DNA of 64,000 nt from positions 5,440,001 through 5,504,000 of the forward strand of contig OZ251518.1 of NCBI GenBank assembly GCA_965242965.1, written 5' to 3'. Position numbers and translations under genes: made by a program. The notes below the pieces were generated by a model that was given only the letters and a program-made list of their open reading frames with translations, made no database searches and was not told the origin of the DNA. Source of the stretch: Candidatus Poribacteria bacterium (GTDB taxonomy: Bacteria > Poribacteria > WGA-4E > WGA-3G). Shown one piece after another: positions 8,455-19,152 of this stretch (positions within the stretch are counted from its first letter, which is position 1; the number at the start of each line of letters is the position of its first letter).

Positions 8455-11298
8455 CTAGAGATTATAGCTTATCCCTAACGAGAAGGAACGCCCCAGTTTA
8501 TAGCGAACATAGTCCTCCTCACCCTGTTTGAAATGAACATAAGGATCCAGCAGATTCTTCGCAGAAAAACTGATTTGGAAATAGTCCGCCACCGTCCGGC
8601 TGAGACTGGCATCCAACTGCCCACGGGGTTGCTCATAGACATCTGGCACGCCGTGATTCCCCACCTCCGAAAGCCGCTTGCCGAAGATGTTATAGGCAAG
8701 CGCGCTGGAAAGCCCCCAATTGGCATCGTCATACCCCAATGAGACGTTGACAATATAGGGACACTGCCCCTGCAGCGGCCGCTCCGAAGAAGTCTGGATG
8801 CCGACATCCGGTAGCACAACGCGCGACGTAATCAGCGCGGCGTTGGTGTTGATAGAAAACTTGCTGAGTGCAGGTGTCAGCACGCCTAAATTCTGGCGCG
8901 CCTCTAACTCCACACCGTAGTTGTTCGCCGCATCGGCGTTTTCGTAAGTAATACGGACTTCTGCCTGCGGTTGGACAATCTGTTCGATCGGTTTCTGGAA
9001 CCGTTTATAGAATACACTCACGGCGACAACGCCGCCGAGCCGCGGGAACGCTTCCCACCGGAAATCGTAGTTGTTTATTTGCGTTCGTTCCAATTCGGGA
9101 TTGCCGAGGATGGTTCGCCCACCGACAAAATCGGTAAATTCAAAGGGTGCCAATTCACGGAAATCTGGCCGTGTTATCGTGCGCGAGGCGGCGACTCGCA
9201 GATTCATCCGCTCTGTCAACCGATAGGTGAGGTTGATGCCGGGCAACAGGTCCAGCGTCTCCAAATCCGCCACAATCGGCTGCGCCGATGCAGAAAACGG
9301 ATCATAGGTAGTAACGTTCTGTGCAGACGACTCCAACCGCACGCCTGTCATAAACTGCCATTTCTGAGTGACAGGCATGTCCAGCATGAGATAACCAGCA
9401 TAGACATCGTGGCCGGCGAGGTAATTATCGGTTGCCCGCGTTGATTCGCGCAGCTCAAACACCCGCGGCGCGATGTTATCCACATGGAAAAGGACTTCCG
9501 GCGGCGAGGCGAGATCTACGGTGGCATCCACATTATCGGCTGGCAAGAATCGGAACCGCCGGGCATCAAACGTTCTTTCTCGGCTGCGCCAAAGCCCACC
9601 GAATTTGAAGAGCCCTTCCGCGCTGATAGGAATACGCCAGTCAACGCGCGCGTTGTATTCATCGTCCTCCAGATCGAAGAAAAATCGGCTGCCACTATGT
9701 GTGACATCGCGGAAGGTGAACCTGCCGTTGCCTCTGTCCTCGTAAATCGTCTCGCGTGTGTCTGGTTCATCGCGCGAGGCGCGCGAATAGGTGAGTCGCC
9801 ATTCCATGGAAAGGTCTGGCCGTGGAGATGCTACCGTTTCATCGGTAAGGGCTGGTGCCCCGAATTCAAAATCGTGCGTGCCTGCTAACTGCCCAGAGAA
9901 GAGTTCGCGTTCAACATAGCGAAGCCGCGCGCTCCGCAGATCAGTGTTTCTATCGGCGTTAAAACCTTCCCACGTGCGGGTTTCATCTTCTGCCGTGTGC
10001 GTGAAAAGCGTGCGCATACTGAGTTGATGCCCCGGTGAAAAACGGAGACTCGCATTCAGCACACTCCCCCAGTCCACTTCATTCCCACTCCGTTCAACAT
10101 TATAGGAGGTGACAGGTGAAAGCACTTCATTTAATCCGATGCGGAAGGCGTTCCGCACCTGCGTGCCGTAACTATGGCTGTTTCCATAGGAAAGGACACC
10201 GAGGTAACCGAACTCTTTGCCGAAAAGGGTATTGCTGTTGCCGAGGCTGAATTTATAACTTTGGTTTGCTGGCAACTGCTGACGTTGGGGAGACCAGGTA
10301 TTTGAAAAAGCGCGTCCGAACTCCTGTATATCTTCCGGTGTGAAACCGGTGGTGGTAAACCTGCCTCGTTCGCGGATAGGGAGTTCTGCTGCATTTTCCT
10401 GAATGATAGCGGGTAACGCGCGCGTTGCATCGTCAAACCCTAGAAAATCCAGATTGCCACCCGGGTATGTCAATCCATTTGCGCCAGTCGCCTGCGTATT
10501 GAAACCGGTTGACATGGAGAGAGACATCGTCGATTTTTCGGGGAAATCCTTGGTAAATACCTGCACGGATCCGCCTGCGAAGCCCCCCGGCTGGTCTGGG
10601 GAAAACGTCTTCACTGTCTGCAAACTGGCTAAGAGGCTTGCAGGAAAAATGTCCATCGGGACGACCCGGCGATTCGGTTCGGGGCTCGGAATCTCAACGT
10701 TGTTGAGCAGTGTATTGCTGTAGCGTTCTCCCAACCCGCGCACAAACACGTAACGGCCACCGACGATGCTGACACCGGTGACCCGTTTAATCGCCTCGCC
10801 TGCAGAAGAGGCGGGGAGGCGGCTAATTTCTTCCGTGCTGATACTGTCTTCAATGCGCGAACTTCGCATCCGTTTTTCGAGGAGCCCGCGTTCACTTGCC
10901 TGGCTCAGTTGAACCGGCAGTTTAATAGCGTCCAGTTTCACCACCTGCGGTGCGAGTGCGACGCGCACTGGTTCCTGAGGTGGTTGCGCAATGTCCACCT
11001 GAAAATCGGCGAGCGCGACTGCAGTGTAAAACGGCGCGGTGACTTGCAGCGTGTAGATGCCGCTGGGGATTTTCAGCGTCCATGTGCCGGCGGCATCGGT
11101 ATGCACGCGGAGGTTGGTATCCACTACTTTAATCGCCGCGCCTTCGATGGGCAGCTCGGTATCACTATTGACGACGCTACCTGTGATTGTTACGAGTTGT
11201 TCTGTTTCGCCGTGCGCGCCCGCTGCGCAAAGCCACAAAAGCAACACTCCAACGCACCAAAAATTCTGTTGGCCTTCCATTTTTCTCCCTATAAACAT
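8455..11298 (-). CDS. TonB-dependent receptor
   Basis: Signal peptide, carboxypeptidase-regulatory-like domain, plug (VFVRGLGERY), RPDFRELAP, GNPEL, C-terminal ISYNL. Confidence 0.92.
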   Translation of the reverse strand: MFIGRKMEGQQNFWCVGVLLLWLCAAGAHGETEQLVTITGSVVNSDTELPIEGAAIKVVDTNLRVHTDAAGTWTLKIPSGIYTLQVTAPFYTAVALADFQVDIAQPPQEPVRVALAPQVVKLDAIKLPVQLSQASERGLLEKRMRSSRIEDSISTEEISRLPASSAGEAIKRVTGVSIVGGRYVFVRGLGERYSNTLLNNVEIPSPEPNRRVVPMDIFPASLLASLQTVKTFSPDQPGGFAGGSVQVFTKDFPEKSTMSLSMSTGFNTQATGANGLTYPGGNLDFLGFDDATRALPAIIQENAAELPIRERGRFTTTGFTPEDIQEFGRAFSNTWSPQRQQLPANQSYKFSLGNSNTLFGKEFGYLGVLSYGNSHSYGTQVRNAFRIGLNEVLSPVTSYNVERSGNEVDWGSVLNASLRFSPGHQLSMRTLFTHTAEDETRTWEGFNADRNTDLRSARLRYVERELFSGQLAGTHDFEFGAPALTDETVASPRPDLSMEWRLTYSRASRDEPDTRETIYEDRGNGRFTFRDVTHSGSRFFFDLEDDEYNARVDWRIPISAEGLFKFGGLWRSRERTFDARRFRFLPADNVDATVDLASPPEVLFHVDNIAPRVFELRESTRATDNYLAGHDVYAGYLMLDMPVTQKWQFMTGVRLESSAQNVTTYDPFSASAQPIVADLETLDLLPGINLTYRLTERMNLRVAASRTITRPDFRELAPFEFTDFVGGRTILGNPELERTQINNYDFRWEAFPRLGGVVAVSVFYKRFQKPIEQIVQPQAEVRITYENADAANNYGVELEARQNLGVLTPALSKFSINTNAALITSRVVLPDVGIQTSSERPLQGQCPYIVNVSLGYDDANWGLSSALAYNIFGKRLSEVGNHGVPDVYEQPRGQLDASLSRTVADYFQISFSAKNLLDPYVHFKQGEEDYVRYKLGRSFSLGISYNL

Positions 11299-11329
11299 GC
11301 CTAAAATTTGTTCTCAACGTTAGTTCTAT

Positions 11330-11654
11330 GAGGGTGTTTCATATCTCAATGTTTTCCCGGTAGGCGGGACATCCTTGTCCCGATAGGCACATCGAGACCG
11401 GGAGGGCTCTCCTACCGGCAGGCATCGGGCCCACCGCTGTAGTTCGGGAGCGCCCGCTCCCGAACGGGTCAGGATCAGCCACTCCTGCCCTCCATGGGGG
11501 ATGCGCTCTGGCAGCCAAACGCATGGCGAGGGAAACCCTCTCGGATGCGCGTGTGGCATCCGAGGGCCCTCGCCCTACGGAAAGGGGATGCGTTTTTTTT
11601 TATCGTAGCGCGGGGCCTGTCACCGCGACGTTGAGCGATTTATGAAACACCTTC
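11330..11654. mobile_element. MITE copy with 8-bp target duplication
   Basis: GAGGGTGTTTCATA...TATGAAACACCTTC; flanks AGTTCTAT / AGTTCCAT. Confidence 0.8.
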
Positions 11655-11785
11655 AGTTCCATCCACATCCAATGGTAACTAAATTATAATTTCCAAATGT
11701 GACAAAATTGTGTATTTTTTTTGACAAAAAAAAGAAAACTTGATTTTATCTTGGATGTGTGGATAATGAAGGGAGGAGGACACGC

Positions 11786-12415
11786 ATGGGCTCGGAATTA
11801 AAACGGAAAAGCATCCATTTCTCAGGATTAATCTTACCGCTCGTCTATCTCTGGCTTGACAGAGCCTTCCTTCTTCTGCTCGTGGGAGGCATCACCTGCG
11901 TTGCGCTACTGGTTGAGCTCGGCAAATGGAAATCGCCGCGGTTCCGTGCGTTCTTCTTCCGCGTCTTCTCGCCGCTCCTCCGGACGCACGAACGCCAAGG
12001 CGCGATTACCGGGGCTACCTATTACCTCATCAGCGCGCTGCTCTGCATCCACTTTTTTGACAAGGCACTGGCGATTGTCTGCATCTTCTTCATGGTGCTA
12101 GGCGATATGTCCGCTGCGTTAGTAGGAAAGAGATGGGGAAAAACGAAGTTGATCGGCGAGAAGAGTTTAGAGGGGAGTCTTGCCTGTTTCGTCGTCTGCA
12201 CGGCTATCTCCATAGTTTTCTTCTATTTGCCGGAGACGCATCTATGGAAACTGCCGCCGTTAGCGGATGCGCGTCGGTTTCATCCGCTCCTCGGCATTGG
12301 AGGGGCGTTTATCGCCACCGTCGTGGAGCTTCTCCCGCTTCGGGTTGATGATAATTTGACGGTGCCGCTTATTGCTGGCGCGGTGATGCAGGTGGTGAGT
12401 AGTGTGGGAGTATGA
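11786..12415 (+). CDS. CTP-dependent polyprenol/diacylglycerol kinase (phytol/dolichol kinase family)
   Basis: ELKRKSIH, GDMSAALVG, KSLEGS, DDNLTVP; GGAGG RBS. Confidence 0.85.
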   Translation: MGSELKRKSIHFSGLILPLVYLWLDRAFLLLLVGGITCVALLVELGKWKSPRFRAFFFRVFSPLLRTHERQGAITGATYYLISALLCIHFFDKALAIVCIFFMVLGDMSAALVGKRWGKTKLIGEKSLEGSLACFVVCTAISIVFFYLPETHLWKLPPLADARRFHPLLGIGGAFIATVVELLPLRVDDNLTVPLIAGAVMQVVSSVGV

Positions 12416-12651
12416 ACCGCATTGTTCAAATTTTTCCCTTGTTAAAATACGAGAGGTTTGGTAAACTGATAGTGTTTCATAAATCGTTCAACGTCGCGGG
12501 GACAGGCACCCGTGATACGGGGAAAATGGAGAATTGCCGGTAGGGGAGAAATCGAGACCAGGAGGTCTCTCCTACCGGGGATGCATTGAGACCGGGAGGT
12601 CTCTCCTACAGGGAAGGTGCCGTAGACAGGCCGTTACGCTTAAACCAAAGT

Positions 12652-12750
12652 TATCGTAAACGTAGTCATTGACAACGTCAATGACGGCTGACGTAGAGGG
12701 ATGTTCATGCACCAACTATCCTAATCGAACGCCTCGCGAACAACAAAAGA
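12652..12750 (+). repeat. ~100-nt dispersed element abutting a start codon (copy 1 of 3)
   Basis: Hairpin GTCATTGAC-AAC-GTCAATGAC plus ATCGAACGCCTYGCGAACAACAAAA tail; homologous to 13870-13975 and 17341-17471. Confidence 0.7.
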
Positions 12751-13869
12751 ATGGCATACATCAAACTTCAAAACATTGTCAAACGCTACGGTGATGTCAC
12801 CGCAGTCAAAGATTTTAATCTGGAGATTGAAGATAAGGAATTCGTCGTCTTCTTGGGTCCCTCCGGTTGTGGGAAGACGACGACTCTCCGCCTCATCGCA
12901 GGACTTGAGCACCCCGAAGAAGGCGATATCCTGATTGATGGAGAGCGCGTTAACCACCTGTCTCCCGCTGACCGGGACATCGCCTTTGTGTTCCAATTCT
13001 ACGCGCTTTATCCGCACCTCACCGTCTACGATAACATCGCCTTCCCGCTCAAGGCTGTCAAGGTGGAAAAGTCGGAGGTGGATGCACGCGTTAGAAAGGT
13101 TGCGGCGATTTTGCAAATAGCCGAAATGCTGAATCGGAAGCCGAGTGTCCTCAGCGGCGGCGAGATGCAACGCGTTGCGCTCGGGCGTGCGATGGTGCGC
13201 CAGCCGAAAGTCTATCTGCTTGATGAACCGATGGCGAACTTGGATGCCAAACTCCGGGACGATACGCGCGCTGAATTGAAACGTCTCCAACATGAAATCG
13301 GCGCGACAACGATTTTTGTTACGCATGACCAGGTTGAAGCGATGTCCCTCGCCGATCGCATCGCTGTCATGCACCAGGGTGTGCTACAGCAGATCGGGAC
13401 ACCGCACGAGATTTACAACCGCCCGAAGAGCCTTTTCGTCGCCGGGTTCATGGGCATGCCGACGATGAACCTTCTCGATGCAGGGCTCGGTTCGCGCGAG
13501 GGGCAACCGATGTTGCGGCTCAGCCATACCGACATCTGGCTCCCGCTTTCGCCGCGGCAACAAGCACGTTTCACCGCGGATATAGCGAGAAACAGTCTGG
13601 TTTTCGGCATCCGTCCGGAGCACATTACTGCGAGGCATGAACCGGGCGAACGAAGCCTCGCCGCCGAAGTGCATCTCATTGAACCGCTTGGTTCTGTTAA
13701 CATCTTGGATCTGCGTCTCGGGATGGATTCAGCGACGCAGGAACCGATTCTCCTCCGCGTGCGCACGCATCCAACCTTTCCTGTGACAGTAGGCGAGAAG
13801 GTCTGGTTCGATTTTGATGAGGAACAGACGCATCTTTTTGATGGGCAAACGGAGAAGGCTATCATTTGA
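12751..13869 (+). CDS. sugar ABC transporter ATP-binding protein (MalK/UgpC-like)
   Basis: GPSGCGKTT, LSGGEMQR, LLDEP, VTHDQ; C-terminal TOBE domain. Confidence 0.92.
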   Translation: MAYIKLQNIVKRYGDVTAVKDFNLEIEDKEFVVFLGPSGCGKTTTLRLIAGLEHPEEGDILIDGERVNHLSPADRDIAFVFQFYALYPHLTVYDNIAFPLKAVKVEKSEVDARVRKVAAILQIAEMLNRKPSVLSGGEMQRVALGRAMVRQPKVYLLDEPMANLDAKLRDDTRAELKRLQHEIGATTIFVTHDQVEAMSLADRIAVMHQGVLQQIGTPHEIYNRPKSLFVAGFMGMPTMNLLDAGLGSREGQPMLRLSHTDIWLPLSPRQQARFTADIARNSLVFGIRPEHITARHEPGERSLAAEVHLIEPLGSVNILDLRLGMDSATQEPILLRVRTHPTFPVTVGEKVWFDFDEEQTHLFDGQTEKAII

Positions 13870-13899
13870 ATAGCATCAAAAACCGAGTCATCAACAACG

Positions 13900-14769
13900 T
13901 TGATGACAGCAGATATACGGAGAGAAATGTTCACCGACAGAAACCCTAATCGAACGCCTTGCGAGCAACGAAAAATCCCGTGTCAATTAGCCGCCTTTGA
14001 TTTAGATGGCACCCTCTTAAACAGCGAACATGAAGTCCCCGCGGCGCACCGCGATGCGCTTCGGGCACTCGTTGAAAACGATGTGCTTGTCGTCCTCATC
14101 TCTGGCAGGATGCACCGTTCTATCCAACCGATTAGCGATGCGCTCGGGTTAGCGAACCCGATTATCTCCTATAACGGCGCGATGGTGAAGCACGCGACTA
14201 CGGGGGAAGTGTATCACCACACGCCTGTCCCGGCGGACGCGGCGATGGCAATCGTGAACGAGTGCATCACGCGGGATTTGCATCTCAACTACTGCTTGAA
14301 CGACGAACTCTATGTCGCAGAGCATAACGCATGGAGCGCGCTCTATGAACACCGAACGGGTGTCCCTGCGACACCGGTAGGCGATTTGCGCGAATTGGCA
14401 GGCGAAACGCCGACGAAGATGTTGATTATCCACGCGCCGGAAGAATTGCCGACGTTGCTGAACTATTTCAAGACGACTTATGGTGAGGAACTTTACGTCA
14501 CGCAAACACAGGCGGAGTATATTGAGTTCATGAATCCGGCAGTGACGAAGGGACGTGCCCTCACCGCGCTCGCCGCGCAGTTTGACATTCCGATGGAGAC
14601 GGTGGTAGCGTTCGGGGATAGTTATAACGATGAGACGCTGCTCAGTGCGGCAGGTTTTGGTGTGGCGATGGGCAACGCTGTTGCGCCTATTAAGGCGTGT
14701 GCTGATTACATCACCGGCACGAACGATGAGAACGGGGTATCGCAAGCGATTTGGGAGTTGATTCTCTGA
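13900..14769 (+). CDS. Cof-type HAD hydrolase (start uncertain)
   Basis: FDLDGTLL, SGR, KG, FGDSYND motifs. Confidence 0.9.
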   Translation: MMTADIRREMFTDRNPNRTPCEQRKIPCQLAAFDLDGTLLNSEHEVPAAHRDALRALVENDVLVVLISGRMHRSIQPISDALGLANPIISYNGAMVKHATTGEVYHHTPVPADAAMAIVNECITRDLHLNYCLNDELYVAEHNAWSALYEHRTGVPATPVGDLRELAGETPTKMLIIHAPEELPTLLNYFKTTYGEELYVTQTQAEYIEFMNPAVTKGRALTALAAQFDIPMETVVAFGDSYNDETLLSAAGFGVAMGNAVAPIKACADYITGTNDENGVSQAIWELIL

Positions 14770-14776
14770 TGTGACA

Positions 14777-15295
14777 CCGTAGCGCGAGGGCCTGTCCCTC
14801 GCGTTTTGGGGTTGATTCTGTGCCCACCGTAGCGCGAGGGCCTGTCCCTCGCGATGTGATAATATCGCGAGCGATGCGGGAGTTCATCTTGTGTTCCGCC
14901 GTAGCGCGAGGGCCTGTCCCTCGCGATGCGCTGGTATCGCGATCTGGCTTTGCGGGGGACAGGCCCCCGCACTACGTATCTGCGGGAGTTCATCCTGTGT
15001 GTTCCCGTAGCGCGAGGGCCTGTCCCTCGCGATGCGCTGGTATCGCGATCTGGCTTTGCGGGGGACAGGCCCCCGCACTACGTATCTGCGGGAGTTCATC
15101 CTGTGTGTTCCCGTAGCGCGAGGGCCTGTCCCTCGCGATGTGCTAGTATCACAAGCGGGCTTTGCGGGGGACAGGCCCCCGCACTACGTATCTGCGGGAG
15201 TTCATCCTGTGTTCCGCCGTAGCGCGAGGGCCCGTCCCTCGCGATGCGCTGGTATCACGAGCGGGCTTTGCGGGGGACAGGCTCCCGCACTACGG
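14777..15295. repeat. tandem array of paired inverted REP palindromes (BIME-like, ~106-bp period)
   Basis: Repeated CCGTAGCGCGAGGGCCTGTCCCTCGCG ... GCGGGGGACAGGCCCCCGCACTACG with near-identical linkers. Confidence 0.85.
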
Positions 15296-15334
15296 ACCTG
15301 GGGGAGGTTCATGTCCGGTGGCACCCTCCCTGTC

Positions 15335-15583
15335 CTACCGCGCGTTCTCATAAGGAAAATCCGCGATGAGGACGTAGGAATTCCCCTCCTGTCTCAGCGA
15401 CATCTGCGCTGCACTTATCGTGAAGTTGAAGTAGCGCGCCAGCACTTCTGCCAATTCGCGATGCATCTGTTTGATGTCTTGGTTCCCGATATCAACCCGG
15501 TCCTGCATAATCACCAGTTTCAACCGTTGCTGCGCGATACCGCTTGACTTCGGTTTGCGCCCAAATATTTTCAAAAATTTCAT
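15335..15583 (-). CDS. minE: cell division topological specificity factor MinE (copy 2)
   Basis: SSGIAQQRLKLVIMQDR...ELAEVLARY; downstream of minD. Confidence 0.85.
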   Translation of the reverse strand: MKFLKIFGRKPKSSGIAQQRLKLVIMQDRVDIGNQDIKQMHRELAEVLARYFNFTISAAQMSLRQEGNSYVLIADFPYENAR

Positions 15584-15597
15584 AACGTATCTCCTTT

Positions 15598-15855
15598 CTA
15601 TTCCGCCGCGCGCCGTTGCGGAAAATCTGCCGTTAACACATAGGAATTCCCTCGCTGTTTGAGGGACATCCGCACGGCATCTATCTGAAAGTCAAAATGC
15701 TTCGACAGCACTTGCATGATTTCAAGTTGCAGGCTGCGCATTGACTCTTCATCAACATTGAAATTGAATCGATCTTGCGAGATAACGACTTTGAGCCGTT
15801 CCCTCGCGATACTGCTGGACTTGGGTCTCCTCCCAAATAACCGTAGCCAATCCAT
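15598..15855 (-). CDS. minE: cell division topological specificity factor MinE (copy 1)
   Basis: SSSIARERLKVVISQDR...EIMQVLSKH. Confidence 0.88.
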   Translation of the reverse strand: MDWLRLFGRRPKSSSIARERLKVVISQDRFNFNVDEESMRSLQLEIMQVLSKHFDFQIDAVRMSLKQRGNSYVLTADFPQRRAAE

Positions 15856-15864
15856 GCTGACTCC

Positions 15865-16659
15865 CTACCTATTCCCGGAGAACCACTCCAGAATGTTTGA
15901 GAAAAAGCCTTTTTCTCGGATTTCCGGAATCGGGATGCGCTGTCCTGTCAACCGCTTCGCGATGCGCATGTAAGCTTGCGCCGCCTGCGAGCTGTTGTCA
16001 TGCACCAGCGGAATCCCACGATTCGTTGAGGAGATGACACCGCGGTCTTCCGGGACAACGCCGATGAGATTGAGATTCAACAGGCTGACGACATCGTCCT
16101 TGCTCACCATGCTGCCTTTGCGCACCATCTCCGGGGACAACCTGTTCAGGATGAGGTTAATAGGTTCGACTCCTTCGTGTTGCAGGAGCCCGGTAATCCG
16201 GTCTGCGTCGCGGATGGCCGAGACATCTGGGGTTGTGACGACGAGTGCCTCTTCTGCGCCTGCGGCGGCGTTGCGGAACCCGCTTTCAATACCGGCAGGC
16301 GAATCCACCAGCACGAAATCGTTATTGCTTCGCAATTCCTCGCAGATGGCTTTCATCTGTTCGGGTTGGATGTCGTCCTTGTTATTTTTCTGCGATGCGG
16401 CGAGGAGCGTCAGGCCTTCCACGCGCTTGTCTTTGACGAGTGCCCTCGTCAACTCGCATTGATTGTCTATCACATCCATCGACGTGTAGACGACGCGGCC
16501 CTCTAACCCCATGACGACATCGAGGTTCCGAAGCCCGACATCCGCGTCTATCACGACGACTGTCTTTCCGATGAGGGCAAGCGCGGTGCCTAGGTTGGCC
16601 GTGGATGTTGTCTTGCCAACGCCACCCTTGCCTGATGTTACGACGATAACCTTGCCCAT
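15865..16659 (-). CDS. minD: septum site-determining ATPase MinD
   Basis: SGKGGVGKTT, DVGLRNLD, DSPAGIE, C-terminal amphipathic GFFSNILEWF. Confidence 0.95.
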   Translation of the reverse strand: MGKVIVVTSGKGGVGKTTSTANLGTALALIGKTVVVIDADVGLRNLDVVMGLEGRVVYTSMDVIDNQCELTRALVKDKRVEGLTLLAASQKNNKDDIQPEQMKAICEELRSNNDFVLVDSPAGIESGFRNAAAGAEEALVVTTPDVSAIRDADRITGLLQHEGVEPINLILNRLSPEMVRKGSMVSKDDVVSLLNLNLIGVVPEDRGVISSTNRGIPLVHDNSSQAAQAYMRIAKRLTGQRIPIPEIREKGFFSNILEWFSGNR

Positions 16660-16677
16660 CGATAGTTCTCCTTCCTA

Positions 16678-17340
16678 TTAGAGTTTCACAAATTCCTCTA
16701 CGATGATGATATCTTCCATGCCGACGCGGGCGATTTCTGGGTAACCGCGCGACTTTTGTCCGACAAACGGACGGCTAATATAGTTGCCGATTTGCAGTTG
16801 CAGCGGGACGAGATTCATCGCGACGATGACAGCCGTTAATTTGCCGTTCATCCCGGCATGCGCGCTACCGCGCAACGAGCCGAGCACAATGATGTCGCCG
16901 CCCGCACTCACCTCGCCGCCTGGATTCACATCACCGTAGATAATCAGGTTCCCTCCCGGGAAATCCTCTGTCTGTCCGGAACGAATTGTCTCCCGGACAA
17001 CCCGCGTCTTTTCGATACCGCCGCGCTCCGTGCGAGCGGCACGTGGATGTTCCTCAACTCGGGAGGCGGTGCTGGCATCTGTGCCATCGGCGATGTTGAT
17101 GCCACGAACTACCATCCCGTAAGTGTCTTGGAGTTCGGTTTTGAGAGCATCCAGGTCTGCCTCGGTTAAGAGGGGTGCCTGCATGTCAATCTGCACGGAG
17201 ACACCCGCTAACGGCTGGTTCAGCCGGGCAAACTCCTGCTGAACTGCCTTTGTGACATCGGCTACCGAGAGTGTCGGCGTGATGACAAGGTGCAAACCGT
17301 CCTGATATGCTCTAAGTCCTACAATTGATGATTTTCCCAT
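16678..17340 (-). CDS. minC: septum site-determining protein MinC
   Basis: TIRSGQ, GDVNPGGEV, GSLRGSAHAG. Confidence 0.9.
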   Translation of the reverse strand: MGKSSIVGLRAYQDGLHLVITPTLSVADVTKAVQQEFARLNQPLAGVSVQIDMQAPLLTEADLDALKTELQDTYGMVVRGINIADGTDASTASRVEEHPRAARTERGGIEKTRVVRETIRSGQTEDFPGGNLIIYGDVNPGGEVSAGGDIIVLGSLRGSAHAGMNGKLTAVIVAMNLVPLQLQIGNYISRPFVGQKSRGYPEIARVGMEDIIIVEEFVKL

Positions 17341-17793
17341 TTTTTGTTGTTCGCAAGGCGTTCGATCTTTTTGTTGTTCGCAAGGCGTTCGATAACGGCG
17401 GTTGGTGCAATACCGTTTCTCGCCGTATATCCGTCATTGACGTTGTCAATGACTACATTTTCGATGCTATTTTTTCAGCGTTCTCGAACGGTATCCCGCT
17501 TCTCCCAATCCCTTGCCGCGAACCAGTCCTCTAATCCTGAAAATCTTGGAAATCCTGGAAATCCTGCTCAGATTTACAAGATTATCACGATTAAGAGCAG
17601 GATTATCACGGTCACGCCTGTCAAGACGATCAGGTTTCCCTGATTGTCCCTCTTCCAAGATTTCACAGGATTATGTCGCTGGGGCACCGGACACCGTTTT
17701 GGCAGCCCCCCGCGGTCTGGGTGCATCAGAAACCTAGAATCTTGCTAATCTCGCTCAATCTTGAAAATCCTGCTCCTTTTTCGACGGCGTGCC

Positions 17794-19068
17794 TTACGCC
17801 TCTATTTGCGCAAGCACGTAGGGGCCTTCTGGAATTGCTGCTATCCGCGTGTTGTCACCGTAGCGCGTCAAAATCGCCGCAATACCCGCCTGCGGTTCTC
17901 GCACAGGCTGCACGAACAACTTCGCCTGTTGCGGATACGGAATGCCCTCTGAATAGAAATAGATGTCCGCCTTCCGGGCGACTTTCGCCAATTCTTCCAA
18001 CTGCCACTGATCGATGACGAAGTTCGCGGGATTGTAAAGTCCCTCTACGAACGCCCGCAAATCACGCGTCTTGAAAACCAGATCGGTGAACGGGCCACTC
18101 CCAATACCCTCGCCGCACGCCGCGACGAGCAGAATACTTCCCCCTTCTTTCACAATCTCAACGGCGGTGAGGAGTCCCTTAATCGCCTGATAGAACGTCG
18201 TATCCAACGGATGCCCCGCACTGGAGACGACGACTGCATCCACTGGCTCAGGCAGCGTTGCCTTCGCCTGATTCTCCACGAACTGCGCGCCGACGCGGTG
18301 CGAAGCCACCATGTCCCCGGCGAAAACGCCTGTGATGCGCCGTGCTTTATCAATTGCGACATTCAGATTGAAATCGACACCCGCCATCAAGGCAATCTCT
18401 GTTGCCTCCTCGTGGAACGGATTCCCGTCGAGTATCCCCACAGCGGACTTAGGATGTTCCATCAAATGCGGGCCGTGCATGATTTTCATCGTCTCTACCG
18501 AAGCGAGCCCGGGGCAAATCGCTTTCCGTCCGCCGGAATAGCCCGCCATCAAGTGCGGTTCAATTAGCCCCGTAATTACCTTCAAATCAGCGGCGAGGTA
18601 AGTTTTATCAATGTGAACTGGCGTGCCGTTCGCCGTTTTTCCGAGATAGGCGTGCGTCCCCGGGGCTTGCGAGAAATGGTTGAGGATGCGATACGTCTCC
18701 ATAATGTCACGTCCCACCATCCCCTCCAATTCTTCGCCTTCGTTTGGCCGGTGGATGCCGGTGGCGATGAGTATCGTTATCTTCTCGCGCGGGATGCCCG
18801 ATGCCACGAGCGTCTCCAGCATCGGCGGAAGAATTATTTGATTCGGGACAGGGCGCGTCACATCGGAGATGACGATGCAGGCGGAGTCGCGGCCTCGCGC
18901 CAATTCCGCTAACGCCGGTGACGCAATCGGTTCTGCAATCGCTTGCCGCACCGCGGCATCAGCATCCGCCAACGGCGCGCTTTCCGACGTTTCTAAGATG
19001 CCCGCCAGATTATTGTCGGGAATGTTTATCGGCAATGTTCCGTGCCCGTACCGCATCTCAATTTGCAT
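17794..19068 (-). CDS. larA: nickel-dependent lactate racemase LarA family
   Basis: Likely start MQIEMRYG; SDVTRP, ATGIHR, PHLMAGYSGGRK, DTTFYQAIKG, DQWQ. Confidence 0.85.
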   Translation of the reverse strand: MQIEMRYGHGTLPINIPDNNLAGILETSESAPLADADAAVRQAIAEPIASPALAELARGRDSACIVISDVTRPVPNQIILPPMLETLVASGIPREKITILIATGIHRPNEGEELEGMVGRDIMETYRILNHFSQAPGTHAYLGKTANGTPVHIDKTYLAADLKVITGLIEPHLMAGYSGGRKAICPGLASVETMKIMHGPHLMEHPKSAVGILDGNPFHEEATEIALMAGVDFNLNVAIDKARRITGVFAGDMVASHRVGAQFVENQAKATLPEPVDAVVVSSAGHPLDTTFYQAIKGLLTAVEIVKEGGSILLVAACGEGIGSGPFTDLVFKTRDLRAFVEGLYNPANFVIDQWQLEELAKVARKADIYFYSEGIPYPQQAKLFVQPVREPQAGIAAILTRYGDNTRIAAIPEGPYVLAQIEA

Positions 19069-19152
19069 TTCTGATTTTCCTAAAAACTTGACTTTTTTCG
19101 CGATGCATGTTAAAATTCCATGAAAAATCCAAACACGGAGAACCAAACAGAC

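Noticed and set aside
14777-15295. Possible second CRISPR array
   Set aside because: Linkers are near identical rather than unique, and the units are inverted REP pairs found throughout the window.
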